64,000 bases of DNA, taken from assembly GCA_039545335.1 (NCBI GenBank), contig BCIN01000002.1:1908484-1972483 (forward strand). The letters are read 5' to 3'. The notes beneath the pieces were generated by a model that saw only the letters and a list, made by a program, of their open reading frames with translations, was not told the origin of the DNA and ran no database searches. Source of the DNA: Kondoa subrosea (taxonomy: Eukaryota). The position numbers were made by a program, and so were the translations under genes. Below are positions 1 through 18,695 of the stretch, in pieces (position 1 is the stretch's first letter; each line of letters opens with the position of its first letter).

Positions 1-1551
1 CGCACCTACAGAACAGAAGACTGAAGAAGAACTAAACGCTTTAGCAGATAAACGAAGGGAAAATATGCGTCGAATGCAACAATTGCAGAAATCTGCTAGA
101 TTGGAAAAATTAGCTCAGAAGGAGAAGGACCTGATCTTGTTCCATCAGTTGATGAAAGATAAAGAAACAGATGATCCAAAAGAATGGATTAGGAAACTAG
201 AAGCTGAAGGATTCATGGCTGAAGAAGAGCTGGAGGAAGCGATTAGCAAAACTGAAAAGAGCCTGAAGCGAAGCAGAGATAAAGAAGCTGGTGTAGAAGA
301 AGAAGACAAGGTGAGTTGCCGTCGAAGTCATTTTTTGCCGAATCAAGCTTATGCAAACATGCAGGGACCACCTACTTTTCCTCTTATCGATGTAGCTGAT
401 CATCTACTGACTGAAGAGGATCTGAAGGAGAAGAGAAGACAAAAACTGATGAAGGCTGGTTACGATGCTCGAGAAAGAGCCAAAGTAGAAAAAGAAGCCG
501 AGCGTGTGCGCAAACAAGAAGAGGCAGAAGCAGAAGAAGCGAGACGATTAGCTGACCCCGAAGGCTGGCTTGCCGAATTGAGGGAACAACATGATGTGTG
601 TCTTGACTCTACATCTACCGCTTCAATTGACCCTGCATGTAACAGTTAATGCTGTCACGAATCAAAGATCGCTCGAAGCACAAAGCAGCTCTGACGGATA
701 GAAAAAGTTTGGCTGCTCAGAACCGCATGAAATCAATTACGACATTAGCAAGTGATGTTGCTTCAGGCCGAAAGCGCAAAAAGAAGGGCGGCGACGATAT
801 GTTTGGAGCAAATGACGCAGATTGGGCCGTCTATAGAGAGATAGTATGTCTGCCTTCCATCACCTCAATTCGGAACTTACATCCTTACAGGGTGGAGATG
901 AGTCAGAAGACGAAGAAGACGAACATACCAGACTATGGACGCTGGAACAGAAGCTTCTAGAGTACGATCCGACTTTTGGCGAAGACGATACAGCAGCGAG
1001 ACAAGCGATATTGAAAAATCAGCTTCTAAATGCTTTCACGCGAGGCATGAGACCCACCGATTCTGCAACATCTTACAACCCAGCTGACCCAGAGCAAGCT
1101 GCACAACTTCACGTTAATATAGAGCGTATCAGAGTCCCAGAAGCTTTGTACCAACCGCAGATGGCAGGTGTGGATCAAGCTGGTCTACTGGAAATTATCG
1201 GACATGTGCTCAAGCAATTTAGTCCTGTAGAGCAAGATCGTATGACAAAGGTGAGCTTACATATCGAACACCCAAAATTGCTATCTAATTTGTCCTCAGA
1301 ATGTCTTCGTTACTGGTGGATATACTCTGACGCCTAATTTCGATGTCCGACTTGCAGCTGGTCTGCAATCGATACGACCTACTGGTTCCGAAATACGTAT
1401 ACGAAGAGCAGCGGACGTCCAGCTCGATGCTTGGAAAGGATTGGCCAAATGGAGCCAGACGGATGCATTCGTCTCAGCTTCTTTAACCGCTCAAGAGTAC
1501 TACGAATCGGGAGATAGCGGTATCAGGCAGAATGCAATGCTGCTTACCTAA
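1..1551 (+). CDS. ARP5: Actin-related protein 5 (INO80 complex), 3' part; 5' end outside window; multi-exon
   Basis: ORF pieces KEKRRQKLMKAGYDARERAK, DRKSLAAQNRMKSI, DDMFGANDADWAVYREI, HVNIERIRVPEALYQPQMAG, then NVFVTGG...DAWKG match the Arp5 insert and actin-fold C-terminus. Exact stop uncertain. Confidence 0.9.
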
Positions 1552-1717
1552 GGCAGCCGTCCGATCGACACAATGCCGCTTTGTTTTCTTTACTTTTTTG
1601 CCGTTCCGTGACTTCGAAGAGATCATGCGCTTTCTCTGCTAACACCACAGTACATAACAAGGGGACTTGAAGCGCATCAGATCACGCCTGGACGAAAGGG
1701 CGTGCAATTTGGGCGGC

Positions 1718-3220
1718 ATGTCGGAGATAGTCAACGATCCGACGCTGGAAGAGCTGAAAGCAGTCTTGAGACAAGAGTGAGTTATACGGGACACAAACTG
1801 CCTCTATCATGAGCTGAGCATCGTGCAAAGGTACGCGACACGCATCCTTGGACCTTTGGCGTTGTCGGATACACTGCTTGTTCTGCTCTCGTACGTTTCT
1901 ATCTCCTCCGACTTCGACTCCTCTGGATGCTCATAGTTGTTCTTTGCCTGTAGAGGTTGCTGTGTAGCTACGGCAATTGTCATTTGGTCGACGCAATGGC
2001 CACGTTTATCCCGTTACAACAAGAACTCCTTGAAGATCATCATCGTTATGCAACTTGCGCTTGCAGGTATCTGCTTCGAGGACATTTTCTTCGTGAGCCA
2101 TTAATCGTCCCAATACTGTTCCGCTGAATTCTTTGAATGGGGTAGAACAGTGCAAGCACGGATAAAAGCCTCAAGGGTGTTCGACGCTATACTTATGCGC
2201 AAGCATTGCAGCCGCTTCCGGGAGGCATAGTAATGCTTGTAGCTCAACTCTTCTTTCTCAAGCGATGTCGCTATGTTCGTCCCGTGGCAATAACTTTCAG
2301 CTTGACTAACAGTTACTGGTAGTTTCTGTGGGAAAGGTTTCGCTGGCTAACATTTATTCTCTACTTCCTGGTGATCACTGCTGCACTTTCGGTCATTGTT
2401 GTCACCATTACCAACTTCCTTTCGATTTGGTAAGCTGTCTCTGGACAGCAGATCAATTGTCTAAGCCGCGGTTTGCAGGAATATCGGAAACAAAGATGTC
2501 TACTTGACGATTGTGAACCTTATTTGGTTCATTTCGAGCCTGCTCGGTGAAATTGGCATTGCTGTGACACTATCATGGAGATTATGGACCTATAAGGAAA
2601 CAAATCAAGTGGATGAGACAATAGCTATTGGATTGGAGAGCAAAGTGAATCGCATTGGTAAGTATACAGCTGTATCTGGTTCGCAAACTTGACGAAGTTT
2701 GATAGTCCGCGCCATCCTCGGATCAGCTGCTCCAACTGCCATTTCTGGTGTGTTAGGTGCCATTTGCTACATCATCTGGCGAGATACGTGGTTGTATTGG
2801 TGTGTAAATCTCCAATCGGATCAAGCTTGTATACTGACAAGCACAAAGCCTAGCATATGTTTGTAAGTGTCTATGGTAGCATCGCAGCTCATGGCTAATC
2901 TATTGCGATAGTCTTATTGCCGGTGCCTGCCATGGAAACGCTCTCTTTCCTCTATGTAAGCAGTGCTCTCATCGGATCATGGGTATAACATGCTCACGAA
3001 GGTTCACTGCTATTCTTTCAGGCATTGGCTGGCTATCCTGCTTTGCGGAACTGGCCTGATGCAGAAATCGGCCCTTCGGCCAACGAAATTGCTATACCAG
3101 CGTCAAGGAGTAGACAAGACGCTAGTGATCATCTCTATACCAAACAATGGCAGTGCAATGAGGTTCGTTTCTTACAACAGCCGAAGAGTAACTTTGACTT
3201 GTGCCATCAGGGAAACTTGA
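1718..3220 (+). CDS. Multi-pass membrane protein, DUF6534-like basidiomycete family; many introns
   Basis: MSEIVNDPT...ILGPLALSDTLLV start and several hydrophobic exons: LIWFISSLLGEIGIAVTLSWRL, VRAILGSAAPTAISG, PVPAMETLSFLY. Family assigned by pattern only. Confidence 0.5.
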
Positions 3221-3490
3221 CACTGCCTCAGATCAGCAGCGGCGAAAGAGCAAGGAACAATAACGGCAGTTATGATTTGGTTTGGGGTAAACAGCTTTGT
3301 TAGCAATCCAAGGGCCGTAGAAAACTTGGTATGTAAAGTAGTGTACTGTATGTGGATGTAAGTGTATGCAAGCGAGTACAGGAAGCATGGAACGCTATTT
3401 CCGGATAGTAATCTTGACATTAAGAAACATGCAGTCTGAATGCCCGATTATGATCTGTACAAGCTAAATGTCCGTAAAACTGATTGGTCA

Positions 3491-6400
3491 TTAAGCAGTG
3501 TTACCAGCGCTGTATCTGTCGATGTTCGGAGGATCACCTGCAGGCGGTGCATATTGCATGGACTGCCGAGCTGGTGTTGGCTGAGTTATCCCAGCACTAT
3601 GATCCCAAGCATTAGATGGTGGAGCAGGAGGAGGAGGAGGGAAAGCAGGTGCTCCAGGAGTGAAGCTATTGCGATTGTTATGCATAAGAGATGTTTGAGA
3701 ATTGTTGTAGCTTCCAGGTGTCGACTGCTGTTGAAAAGAAGGGGCAGGAGCAGCATAGTTTTGTTGAGAATAAGGTTGGGGTGCATAAGTTGGCGATACA
3801 TGAGGACTGTTATGTGCTTGTGCCATAGCTGGTACGACCGGAGCTACGTTGTTCCGTTTTGAACGATGGGCATTGTACGCTGCCGAAGGTGCAGTTTTTC
3901 GGGTTTTGCTTCTTCTACAGCATGCTCGAACACAGCTGTAGATTATTGCCAATACTATAAGACCTGCCACAACAATGACCGGGATAGCTGGAAATCCTAG
4001 TCAGATAGGAATGATGGCGCTGCAGGATGCTCACAAATCTGTTTATTATTGGTGATCCAGCTTGCAGCAGCTTCTTGCCATGGACCATTTTGACATTCGC
4101 CGCCAGTACACTGTCAAAGAAAGGTAAAATTCAGTTTCTTCAGCTCATTCAAGCTTCCATAGGATCCCTCACCCTTCCCGCAAGCCCGCATGATGTGCCA
4201 TCAGCGAAATTAGAGTCAAGTATTATGCATTGGCTACTTGATTGCCCAGGCGCTTGACAAGTCTATATTTCAAAAGTAGAGGTTAAGCGGCTTTACGGAA
4301 CGACCAAAGCAGTTAACTGACCACTTGACAATTTGAGCTAGCTCCTCCACAAGCTCTGGTAACTCCCAGAGATGAACCCTGCGTTTTACATTGCAGGTCT
4401 CGACTGGTGCAGATTCCATTGGCGCACTTGAGCCCTTGACCTGCCTCGCCACAGCTCGTTCCTGTTCCAAGATGTCAGGGACATTGATCCGATACAAGAT
4501 TGAGAGTATCGGACCATCTTTGGTAGTCTGATCTTCAGGACAGCTTGCAGAAGAGCCAGTACAATTCTCGGCTTGATCGCACTGCGCATTCACAGATGGA
4601 CGGCAGACTTTCGACGAGGATGAGAATTGACAGGATTCTTCACAACAGCTAGAATTGAGAGGATCGCAGACAGAACCCTGAGTGAACTTGCACTCAGAAG
4701 TGCAGCAGCTACTACCTCCTTGATTTCCGCTGCATGAACGCCAAAAAGCGTCAGCGAATCTCACATAGAGTCAGATCGAGTACTGACGGATCACATTGTT
4801 CCCCTATGGCAAGAAATGAGCTTGGATAACAAGGAATAGACAGAAAGCTGACCAGGCTCAAGAATACCATTTCCACATTGAGAAGTACTCAGAGTGGAAC
4901 GTGTACCAGGTTCGTAGAGACATGTCGTGTTCAAGGTGGATTGCAGAACAGAACAAACGTTGCCGATAGTACACGGACTGAAATCGCTGACGTTCTGAGT
5001 ACTGACGGGCGACATGATGTAAGCGCTGCCCGAATTGCAATTATTGCTTGTCAAAGGACAACAAGCTGAACCGGATTGAGAGGTTCCTGAGCAACCAGAA
5101 ACGCAGCTGGTTCGACAGTTAGATGACGCGGGTTGATGATTGTATTGACCAAACTTACTCATGCACAGCTATGATATGCATAGTCAGACGTGATTCACTT
5201 GACAGAGCAGTAGAAATACTGACCACCGAAATTATGCCCAATTTCATGAGCGATTGTGGTCCAAGTTCTATTTATGAGATGCTCAATTCAGCCTCTGCAA
5301 GACGCTGGCTTTGAATATTACCCACCGATCCGTCAAAGCTGTTACCGCAGTGCCGGAAGTACTTTGGCTATTTGAGCAAGACATGAACTAGAGAAAGCAA
5401 TGGCAAGACAACGATTGAAAACATACCCTTGACTGCTTGATGTTTCGACCCTACACAATTGACCTAACCAAGCTACACCGACTTCTTGTCCGGTATTGCA
5501 TGCCGTAAGGAGATGCCAACTAAATAAACAGCAAAGATAAGCGGTTCGGTTCAACGCAAAGGAGATTGACTTACAGTCCCGCACCGTCTGCACCTCCTTT
5601 ACTACCTCTCCATTGACTGAAGAGACTTAATCTCGCATTGAGATCAACCCCACCTCCACTTGAGCCTGAACATGCAACATTCCACGCATTATTTTGATCC
5701 GCTGTAGTTGGGCAAGAAGCATCCATGACGTTCATCTCTCTGAATTCATAGGGTCAGTCTGGTACTCGTCAACAAGGCGGAGAAACTTACACTACACCAA
5801 TTGAAACATTAAAGGTTCTTTGGTAAAGCCCGCTGACTGTATTGATCTCTGCTAGGATTTGTCCTATTATTCTTCATATCAGCTCGCGATCTGTGAAGAG
5901 AGAAAAATAGCAACTGACTTCTAGCAGCATCTTGTGATCCATAAGCTTGAACAGCCGTACAATCTGCTGCGACGCCAATGAAGAGGACTCGTTGATCTTT
6001 GGGGCACCCATTTGTTGATCCTATTGTGTTTACAAAAGAACTGCTGCTGTTCTGTCCGCCAGCTATATCTTGTCGTTTTGCAAATTGACGCGGATGACTT
6101 GCCGGAACGGGAAGAGGCAAAGAAGGATGGCTGAGAAGACCGCTGAGCCATGAAGATTCAGCCGGTCTCGAGAAGCCAAAGATAGAGTCGTCGAATGCTA
6201 GTTGTTGAGGAGTATTATAGACTGGATTTGATAGATCATTGTTGAAGTCGAGCGAGTCGTGAGAACACGAATGATGTTGTAGCTCGTCGTCTTCGTATGT
6301 ATCCATTTCGCGAGCTATGATAGTTGCACCACCAACTCGACCTCTTCTGGCCAAGGCAGATTTAGGTGGTTCAGGATCATATTCCGAGCGATCTCGTAGA

Positions 6401-6969
6401 TAGGCATGTAAGGGCTTGAAGTGATGTAGCTGGCCATCTATTGACATTGCTCCATCCCAAGCATCATCTTCCGTAATGGTTAATCTAGCCCAGCCTCTGG
6501 TCCTTTCATCTTCATGTTGATTCTCCCTCACTAGACCAGCTGCTTCTTCCTTCCACCAGCCATTCACATCTAATTCATGCACTACAACACCATCGAATGC
6601 TCTCACATCTTGACGCAACAGCGGAACCGTTTGAACACCTGATTTGCCCTGTGAATCAATAGAATAGAAATTGACTTTGGCATCCGAAGCTAGAAGGTCT
6701 GGAGTTGGCTTGAGTACTACAGAGACAGGTTTATCGTCTATATTGAAGCGCAAGAGTAGGGTATCTGTATGTTGAATCCATGCATCGTTGCTGAATGTAC
6801 TCCTTTTGACAAGCGTCAGAGGGTTCAATTCTCTTCTGAGTATACGTATTGAAGGTGCTTGAGGGACATGTATCCTCTTGAAAGGCTGATTGCGCTTTGA
6901 TGAGCCTTCACTAGACTGAACGAAAAGAACAACAAAGGCGAGTAGCAGCAATCTGCCAGACGTCAGCAT
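3491..6969 (-). CDS. ADAM-family (reprolysin/disintegrin) membrane metalloprotease
   Basis: Signal peptide [12 protein letters not shown], prodomain ending AKRQD, GVAWLG, spliced Zn motif [12 protein letters not shown] (about 5160-5250), Met-turn [14 protein letters not shown], Cys-rich disintegrin domain, TM helix, Pro-rich tail. Confidence 0.93.
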
Positions 6970-7209
6970 GCCTAGTCGATGCTGGGTATTGTAAAGAGTG
7001 TATGTACGGTCGGAGCGAGAAAAGCTGGTTGGTAGTGGCTGAGCAGCGCGGCACTGCTTTGCTGCCAAGACGAAACTTGAAGATCGTCAACCAGCTCGGA
7101 GGCCGAGCCTTTGCTGTCTATACAGTTGCAGAGGCGACAGTACAGCAAGGCAGCAAAAGAAAAGACGCTGGAAGAAGGCTTCTCCTTTTAGTCAGACCAG
7201 TTTTAAGCA

Positions 7210-8620
7210 ATGGCAATCAGATCAGAGCAAGGCTCAGCTGCAAGACTACTCTTCCCATCTACGAAGTCTCTCCCTAATCTGCTGCGGGATCGAGCATTTG
7301 GCGACAAGGTTGATGCACAGATCTATGAATTGGTTGGATTGATCTGGCGGTTTGTTCTGCTCGTAGCTCTGCTTGCATCTCGCTGAACAACAATAGAGAG
7401 CATGTTCTGCCATGGTACAGCAAACTTACTCGAGACAAAACTCTCTCGCTCGACATTGTTCGCATTGTATCTCATGTCGTCAGAACTTTGGAAGATCATG
7501 TCAAAGAGATGGATATAAGCGCATTGCTGCTAGTCGATATTCCAGAAGTGTTGACACAGCATTATCGAGATTACCAAACCGCTCACGAACGCGCTGGGAC
7601 CCCTTCTTACGGTGACTTATCCTTACATCAGCTCTATCACTCTTTACACCCACATATTGCTATACAAGCATCGATGCAGAATCCCGTTGATCCAAAACTC
7701 CCTTACATTGCTGCTCCCTATATGCTCGCGATGGTGGAAGGCATTCTTAGAGCAGTTCTTCCACCCGAAGATTCCTTAGCAGAATCAGAACTGACTATCA
7801 TAAGAGAAGTGCTGGTCTATGTAGTCTTTGGCAATTTGTTCACTAAATTGGCTCAACCTTGGTTTATCCACAATATGATCGTCAAACTTCTTGGCACCGA
7901 TCCGTCGCATGTAGCTATTCCAGTCAGCATCCCATCACCACCTCCTTCTATTTGGGAACGCTCTCAGAGAACACTGAAGCAAACGATCTCACTCCTTGCC
8001 GCTTTCAACCCTTTTCTTCACACCTCTGCTTCTGCAACCGTGCCAGATCTCTGTCTGCCGAGCATTCGATTGGGTGCTACTGCGCTGAAAGTAACTGACC
8101 GACCAATGTTACAACAAGCTTTTTGGTGGATTGAGATCTTGTCGGGTTTATTCAGCGGAGCTTTGAACAAGTAAGTAATACACATCCAAGGTACATCACA
8201 ACCAGTAATTCAATTTCAACCTACAGAATTATCAGAGATCTCTTCAGCGAGCACCTCATAAATCCGAAAACTCTTTCCAAAGTTCTTACCATTGTTGAAC
8301 ATACGCTCTTCCCGAATGGTCATCCAGCACCAGCGGTGCCTGATCCTACAACAGAAGAACAAATTCTACTTAAAGATCAAGCAGAAATAGTTTTAGCAGA
8401 ACTAATACCTCAATCTTCTCTGCTACATTATGTTTTTCCCGGCGATCAGTCCCCAGAAAAGCAAAAGATGAGGATCGCGAAAGAAATCTTGGATCCTTGG
8501 AGTACCTGGGAATGCAACATTGTTGTGATTTTGGAGATTGTGGAGATAGTGGTAAAAGCTTTATTTCCTGAGCTGACAATTGTTGAGAGATCGGGCCAAG
8601 AGGATGCCGGCGAAGAGTGA
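7210..8620 (+). CDS. PXA-domain protein
   Basis: RVLPWYSKL, LLLVDIPEVLTQHYRDY, HPHIA, ILRAVLPPEDSLAESELTIIREVL, KLAQPWFI, TLFPNGHPAP: typical of stand-alone fungal PXA proteins. Confidence 0.8.
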
Positions 8621-8916
8621 GGATCGGAGCATAGTCAATACTCAGGAAGACTGTACAGATCACGAGGCATTGGATTGGCCGATTGGAGGCCGTAAAGCAA
8701 GAGATCGAAGAGTGTGGTGATGTCCTCAAATCACGCTGAGGTCCGTTGTCACGATGAATCCCCGTTGGCGTGGTCTGATTAATTTGAGAGCAATACAGGA
8801 GAGTGGATCCGCGATCAGACTAGATGATGTTACTAGAAGCGAATTTTCCCTGAAGAATATTACCCCTTCGTCCGGTCGCTATTGAAGATGCTATTTTACA
8901 CTGCTATATGTTACTT

Positions 8917-14037
<5,121 letters not shown>

Positions 14038-14112
14038 TCGAGGCCAAAGAGTGAGTGCTGCTTGTAACGGAAAAAAACAAATGTAATGCACAATCAACAG
14101 TAACGGCCTGAG

Positions 14113-15305
14113 ATGAATCAATTGGCTCGACTTGAAAGACCTAGACAGCTGCTAGCTTCTCTGCTCCTAAAATCACAATCTTTGTATTCTCCCAGACTTC
14201 GCATAGCTTTTTATGTCCTGTTGCTTCTCAATTGGCGAAACCTGCCTTTACTTTGGCATTTCAAGATCTTCACACCAGTAGTCAAGATCCTCTTCAAGTT
14301 CCACACTGGTCTGTTTACACCAAGTCCGCACTCGAGAGCCGTCGAGCTTGGTTTTCCTCGGAGAGACGCTGTGAATGAAGCTATTGGAATCAATCCTTTC
14401 GCGCCAGCTGCAACTGTGGTTACCAGATATAGGTAAATGTGGATTGCGATCGTTTAAATACTTGCTAATCAAATGTCCACAGTGTTGGCTTTTCAGATTC
14501 GGATTTCTACTTGCATCATTCCAATTCAGTTTATGCCAAGTTAGTCGTCCTCTAGTACTATGGCTTACAAGACTAAAGTCTGCTCAGAAACCTAGATCAT
14601 GCTCGCATGGAGATCTCGATGCGTATGGTTGCGCCTTTATTCGCCTTGAAGGGCTTCGCCGCCCATGTTGGCGGTTTGTCTTTTATATGGATCAAGGAGG
14701 TAAAGAGATTGTCAGATCAAACTTATTGCGTGACCTTTTGTTGACTTTTAACGCAGATTCCAATGTTTACAACATATCAAGTAGACACATGTCTAGTAGC
14801 ATGGAATGATCGGTGGTGCTTCGAACGTAAGCAAATCCCTGACGTACTGGCTGTTCGGTACTCATGAGTGCACCCAGTGCATAAATTCACACTTCCGCTT
14901 TCAGCAAAGAAGGAACGCGATACAGTCATTAGAACGGCAAGAGGCGACCGAACGCTATGTACTCTAGCTTTAACAAAGTTCACTTGTCGGTTACAAGGCA
15001 AGCCAATCGATTTAGGAAAAGGAATCGCCTTTAGTGGTTTTGGAAAGTAAGAAGCTCCTCCTCGCTTTGTGTTGTAGCTGATGATGATGCTTAGAGACGG
15101 CGCAAATTGGGCTCGGACAAAGGCATTGAGGAAACAAGGGCCGAAAGCTATCAAAGACTTCCTCACATCTGGACCGGAAGATTCTGGCATAGAGATGTAT
15201 GAGGAACAGAATCGAAAGGCATTGGCTATTATTGATCGACTGGGTGGACATGAGAAGAAGAGTGTTTGGTTGGAATTGGCCAACATTCATGCTGGTCAAG
15301 AATGA
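14113..15305 (+). CDS. Hotdog-fold thioesterase-like protein (THEM6/YBR096W family)
   Basis: Manual splicing gives LLLNWRNLPLLWHFKIF...DSDFYLHHSNSVYAK|NLDHARM...GGLSFIWIKE|IPMFTTYQVDTCLVAWNDRW, which matches the family motifs. Confidence 0.8.
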
Positions 15306-15934
15306 TTCTGCAGACCCAACATTACATGTCGCCAACGAGCTTGAATGAGTACGTCCTATTCTCCTGTCCAGCAATGTAATAACATCTAAAGTATACTTCT
15401 AGACGAGTACTCGTGGTTGCATTACCAAACCTGATTCATCAGAGCGTCATTCGTTTGCCTAGTTGCTGCTACTCTGGTAGCCCATACTGTTCTCCTTGTG
15501 ACCTCACTGAGTGAAAGCTGTCTCTGTCTGGAAAAGCAATACTTTAGATCTGTTGCTGATCTTGCTGATCCATCGAAGGTGAAGCTCAATGAGGAGCCGT
15601 ACCGAAGTGATGAGGGCTCAACAGCTGCAACTGATCTGGTTGAGCTCATTCTATACGCCGCAGTCTGCAACGTCGTGACCGGCGTGACTGAAGACTGACT
15701 GAAGATGTTGTCGAGCCTTCTGGCAAACAAACAGAGAAACTGCTTACCTAAGACAACCACTTGAGCATCAGGCCTCAGCAAGTAGGTCATCATCCACAAC
15801 GGTAGCAGCAACATCGACTTCGATACCATACGCAGGCTAAACTGTGAATATTTTCTACTCGCTTGCTTCTCTCTTTTGGCAGATTCCATAATTCCGATCG
15901 CATTCAGGCTTTTCCTCTTAGTGTAACGCGTCCA

Positions 15935-16876
15935 ATGCAGAACCCTCAGAACGAGATCAGAGATGTGCGGTTCTCTACTCATATGCCTTTTGTCTCCCTC
16001 AAATCCTGTCTAAGGTGGTTCGGTCAATCACTGAGCCGGCTTCTTCTGTTGAGATGCTGAGAGGAGTAGACAAATACTTCACCAAGGACTCGTACATCAT
16101 TCATCCTATGTTCAGTGCGGACAATTCCCGGGTCTGGATATGCTCTGCTGATCTTCAGCAAAAGATTCTCCGCCAGCTCTAGGTCGGGAAGGTGTGAAGG
16201 CAGGCTACAAGATGCTTCGAGGTTTGTTATATTGACCAGTGCTACGAAGCTAATAAAAGACATCTAGTCTTGACTATCAATAACAGCATTTTGTTCCACA
16301 CTGTTGCTTTTGACGAGTTCCAGTGTGTTCTATCAGCGCATTTCGTCGGATTTGATGGAACTTTCTGTAGAATCGATAAAGATCATCAAACCACCTGCCT
16401 TCTCGGTCTGTCTACCTCTTCTCGATTTTGCTCTAAGCTTATACATGTGACAGATATTACTGAGCAGCTTCAACTTCGATTAATGCCTTGGCCTTTACGC
16501 TCTGTAAGCTTGACTGCCATATCAAAGATTGACTAATTTTCTCAGTAGGTTATAAACATTCGTTTCTTCATATCAGTCAGATTGAGGAGAGAAGAGGATA
16601 ATTTATGGCGCATTGAAGAACAGATCGAGTATGCCAAATCTCAATATCCACTTGTCGCTACTAATGCGAGTTTCAGCAATTTACCTACAGATCTAGGTCC
16701 GTCGCTGGTCTTGTTCAGCCAAAAATCAGCTAATAGTAGTGGCTCTCGTAGGCCTGGCTGTCACCGGAGACAAATTCTTCAGGCTTGTCAACATGGCCTC
16801 TGATCTCGTCAAATACGCATGCGGCTATGCGACATTTGCTGTTGGCTCGACTTTAGCTAAGTACAAGATACTCTGA
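15935..16876 (+). CDS. Fungal NTF2-like (SigF-like) domain protein
   Basis: Spliced MQNPQNEIRD|VVRSITEP...VDKYFTKDSYIIHPMF...QLQLRLMPWP...WRIEEQID, stop after KYKIL. Matches the M-x-NPxxEI...KYF...HP pattern of this fungal family. Confidence 0.65.
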
Positions 16877-17068
16877 AGGACAGCTCGAGATCAACAAGCA
16901 AGAGAGTTCACATGATATATATCAGCAAACGATATTCTGCATCTATACATATTATCGCATCTGGAATGCGTATAGCGAATCATATTTGACCCTCAAGAAC
17001 GATCAGGTAAACTAAGTGTGTACCGCCTTGTATTTGAACGGCCACAAATATACCTTCCAAGGAATACC

Positions 17069-18312
17069 ATGCTGCTATTGCGTACAGGCGGAATACCCTG
17101 TGTGAAGCGAATGCTTATCAATCCTGCGTTGGCCAAAGGTGTAAAGAGGAAACACAGTACACACTCGCATTCAAAGGAGCCTGTGAAATTATGGAAGAAA
17201 GTACTAGGAATCAGCGGACATCATCACCATCATCACGCACTTCCGGTAGCTGTCAAAGAAGGCGAAACCGACGAGGCGAGCAGAATAACCTGGATTGGAT
17301 TTGGTTCCAACATAGGGTTGACGGCAGCCAAAGCCTTTGCAGGGTTGCACTATCATTCAGAGAGTCTACTGGCTGATGCTGGACACTCTTTATCCGATGT
17401 GAACTTTGCTCTTTACTTTGGTCTCATGCAAGCTTGATGAAGTGAATCATAGATTCTCAGCGACCTAGTTACGCTCGCAACTCTAAGGCTTTCCAACCGG
17501 ACTTTGGTCAATTTCCCTAATCGGCAAAGATTTGATGCTCTGGGTTCAGTGATTGTTTCTTCGTTGCTCTTCGTACGCTTCGTTACTTCTTTCTGGTGTT
17601 CGGTTGTGTTGAGTCGTCAAAAACTAGACTGGAGCAGCGGCTATGGCGAATCACTCTTTCAGAAACATGCTCCAGATCATTAATAGCCCTGAAGCTCTAC
17701 AGATAGACAGTCATCTGACTTCACCTGCCGCCCTGTACATCGCATGCGGTACAATAGCCATCAAAGAAGTCCTGTTTCATGCTACTATGCGAGTTGCCAA
17801 ACGAACCAACTCTAGCGTCCTGATCTCTAGCGCTTGGCATCATCGTAAGGACATACATCGGAATTCCCACATCGCTTGAAAAGAAACTTGTGCTGACAGG
17901 ATCTGATTCGCTGAGTACATTAGTAGCCGTCGCGGGTATAGGGTGCTCGTCAATCTTCGGCATTCCCTATGCAGATCCATTGGGTGGTTTAGCAGTCTCT
18001 TTACTTCTCCTTCGCACCTCAATATCCAATGCATACCATCCTTTGCTTTCCTTACTCGACTACACACCTAAATCAGAACATCGCCTGAGAGATTCGCTGC
18101 AACGAGCAATCGAAGGATGCAATTCTCAAGATGGACTTCAGAGAGTATTCAAAACAGAAGGGACCGTTGTGCTGGCAGATGATGGGAAGAAGCGAATTCT
18201 GGCTGCTATAGAATATCCCTGTGCGACTTCAACAGAACAAATTATTTCGGACAAAGTGGATCTGTTAGGAGCGGTCAAAGAGGAATCCAATGATCAAGAG
18301 AAGGAACTTTGA
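17069..18312 (+). CDS. Mitochondrial cation diffusion facilitator (Mmt1/Mmt2-like)
   Basis: Basic presequence, His tract, SRITWIGFGSNIGL, SLLADAGHSLSD, AIKEVLFHAT, AWHHR-SD, ADPLGGL. Confidence 0.85.
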
Positions 18313-18695
18313 AGGGCGGAACACAAGAGAAAGAGAAGGCAACAGTGTTCTGATATTGGTTGCATGCTTTGGCCCAAGACCATCCTGGATAGCGGAGCTC
18401 AATGAAGCCGGGCCATTGCTCAAGCGTATGCCATAACAATTAAGGTAGATCTTATCATTCCGCAAACTCAAATAAGCTTATCTCAGATCCTGATAGGTCG
18501 GAGAGTGGTCGGAGATCCAATAACTCGAATGCGAAGCAGGGGAACAAGAGTCGATGGCGTATTGTGTGATGCTATATGATGTTGAATCTGCGAATTGAAA
18601 GACCAGTACTTATTGGTACTTGACTTCCGCCGCGTCATTTGTCATCTACTTTTTTCGCGCTCCACGACCATCAAAGAATGTAATTTGCGAGCACC

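Noticed and set aside
3491..6969. ADAM protease as an animal-like novelty
   Set aside because: Fungal ADAMs are established; architecture here is ordinary.
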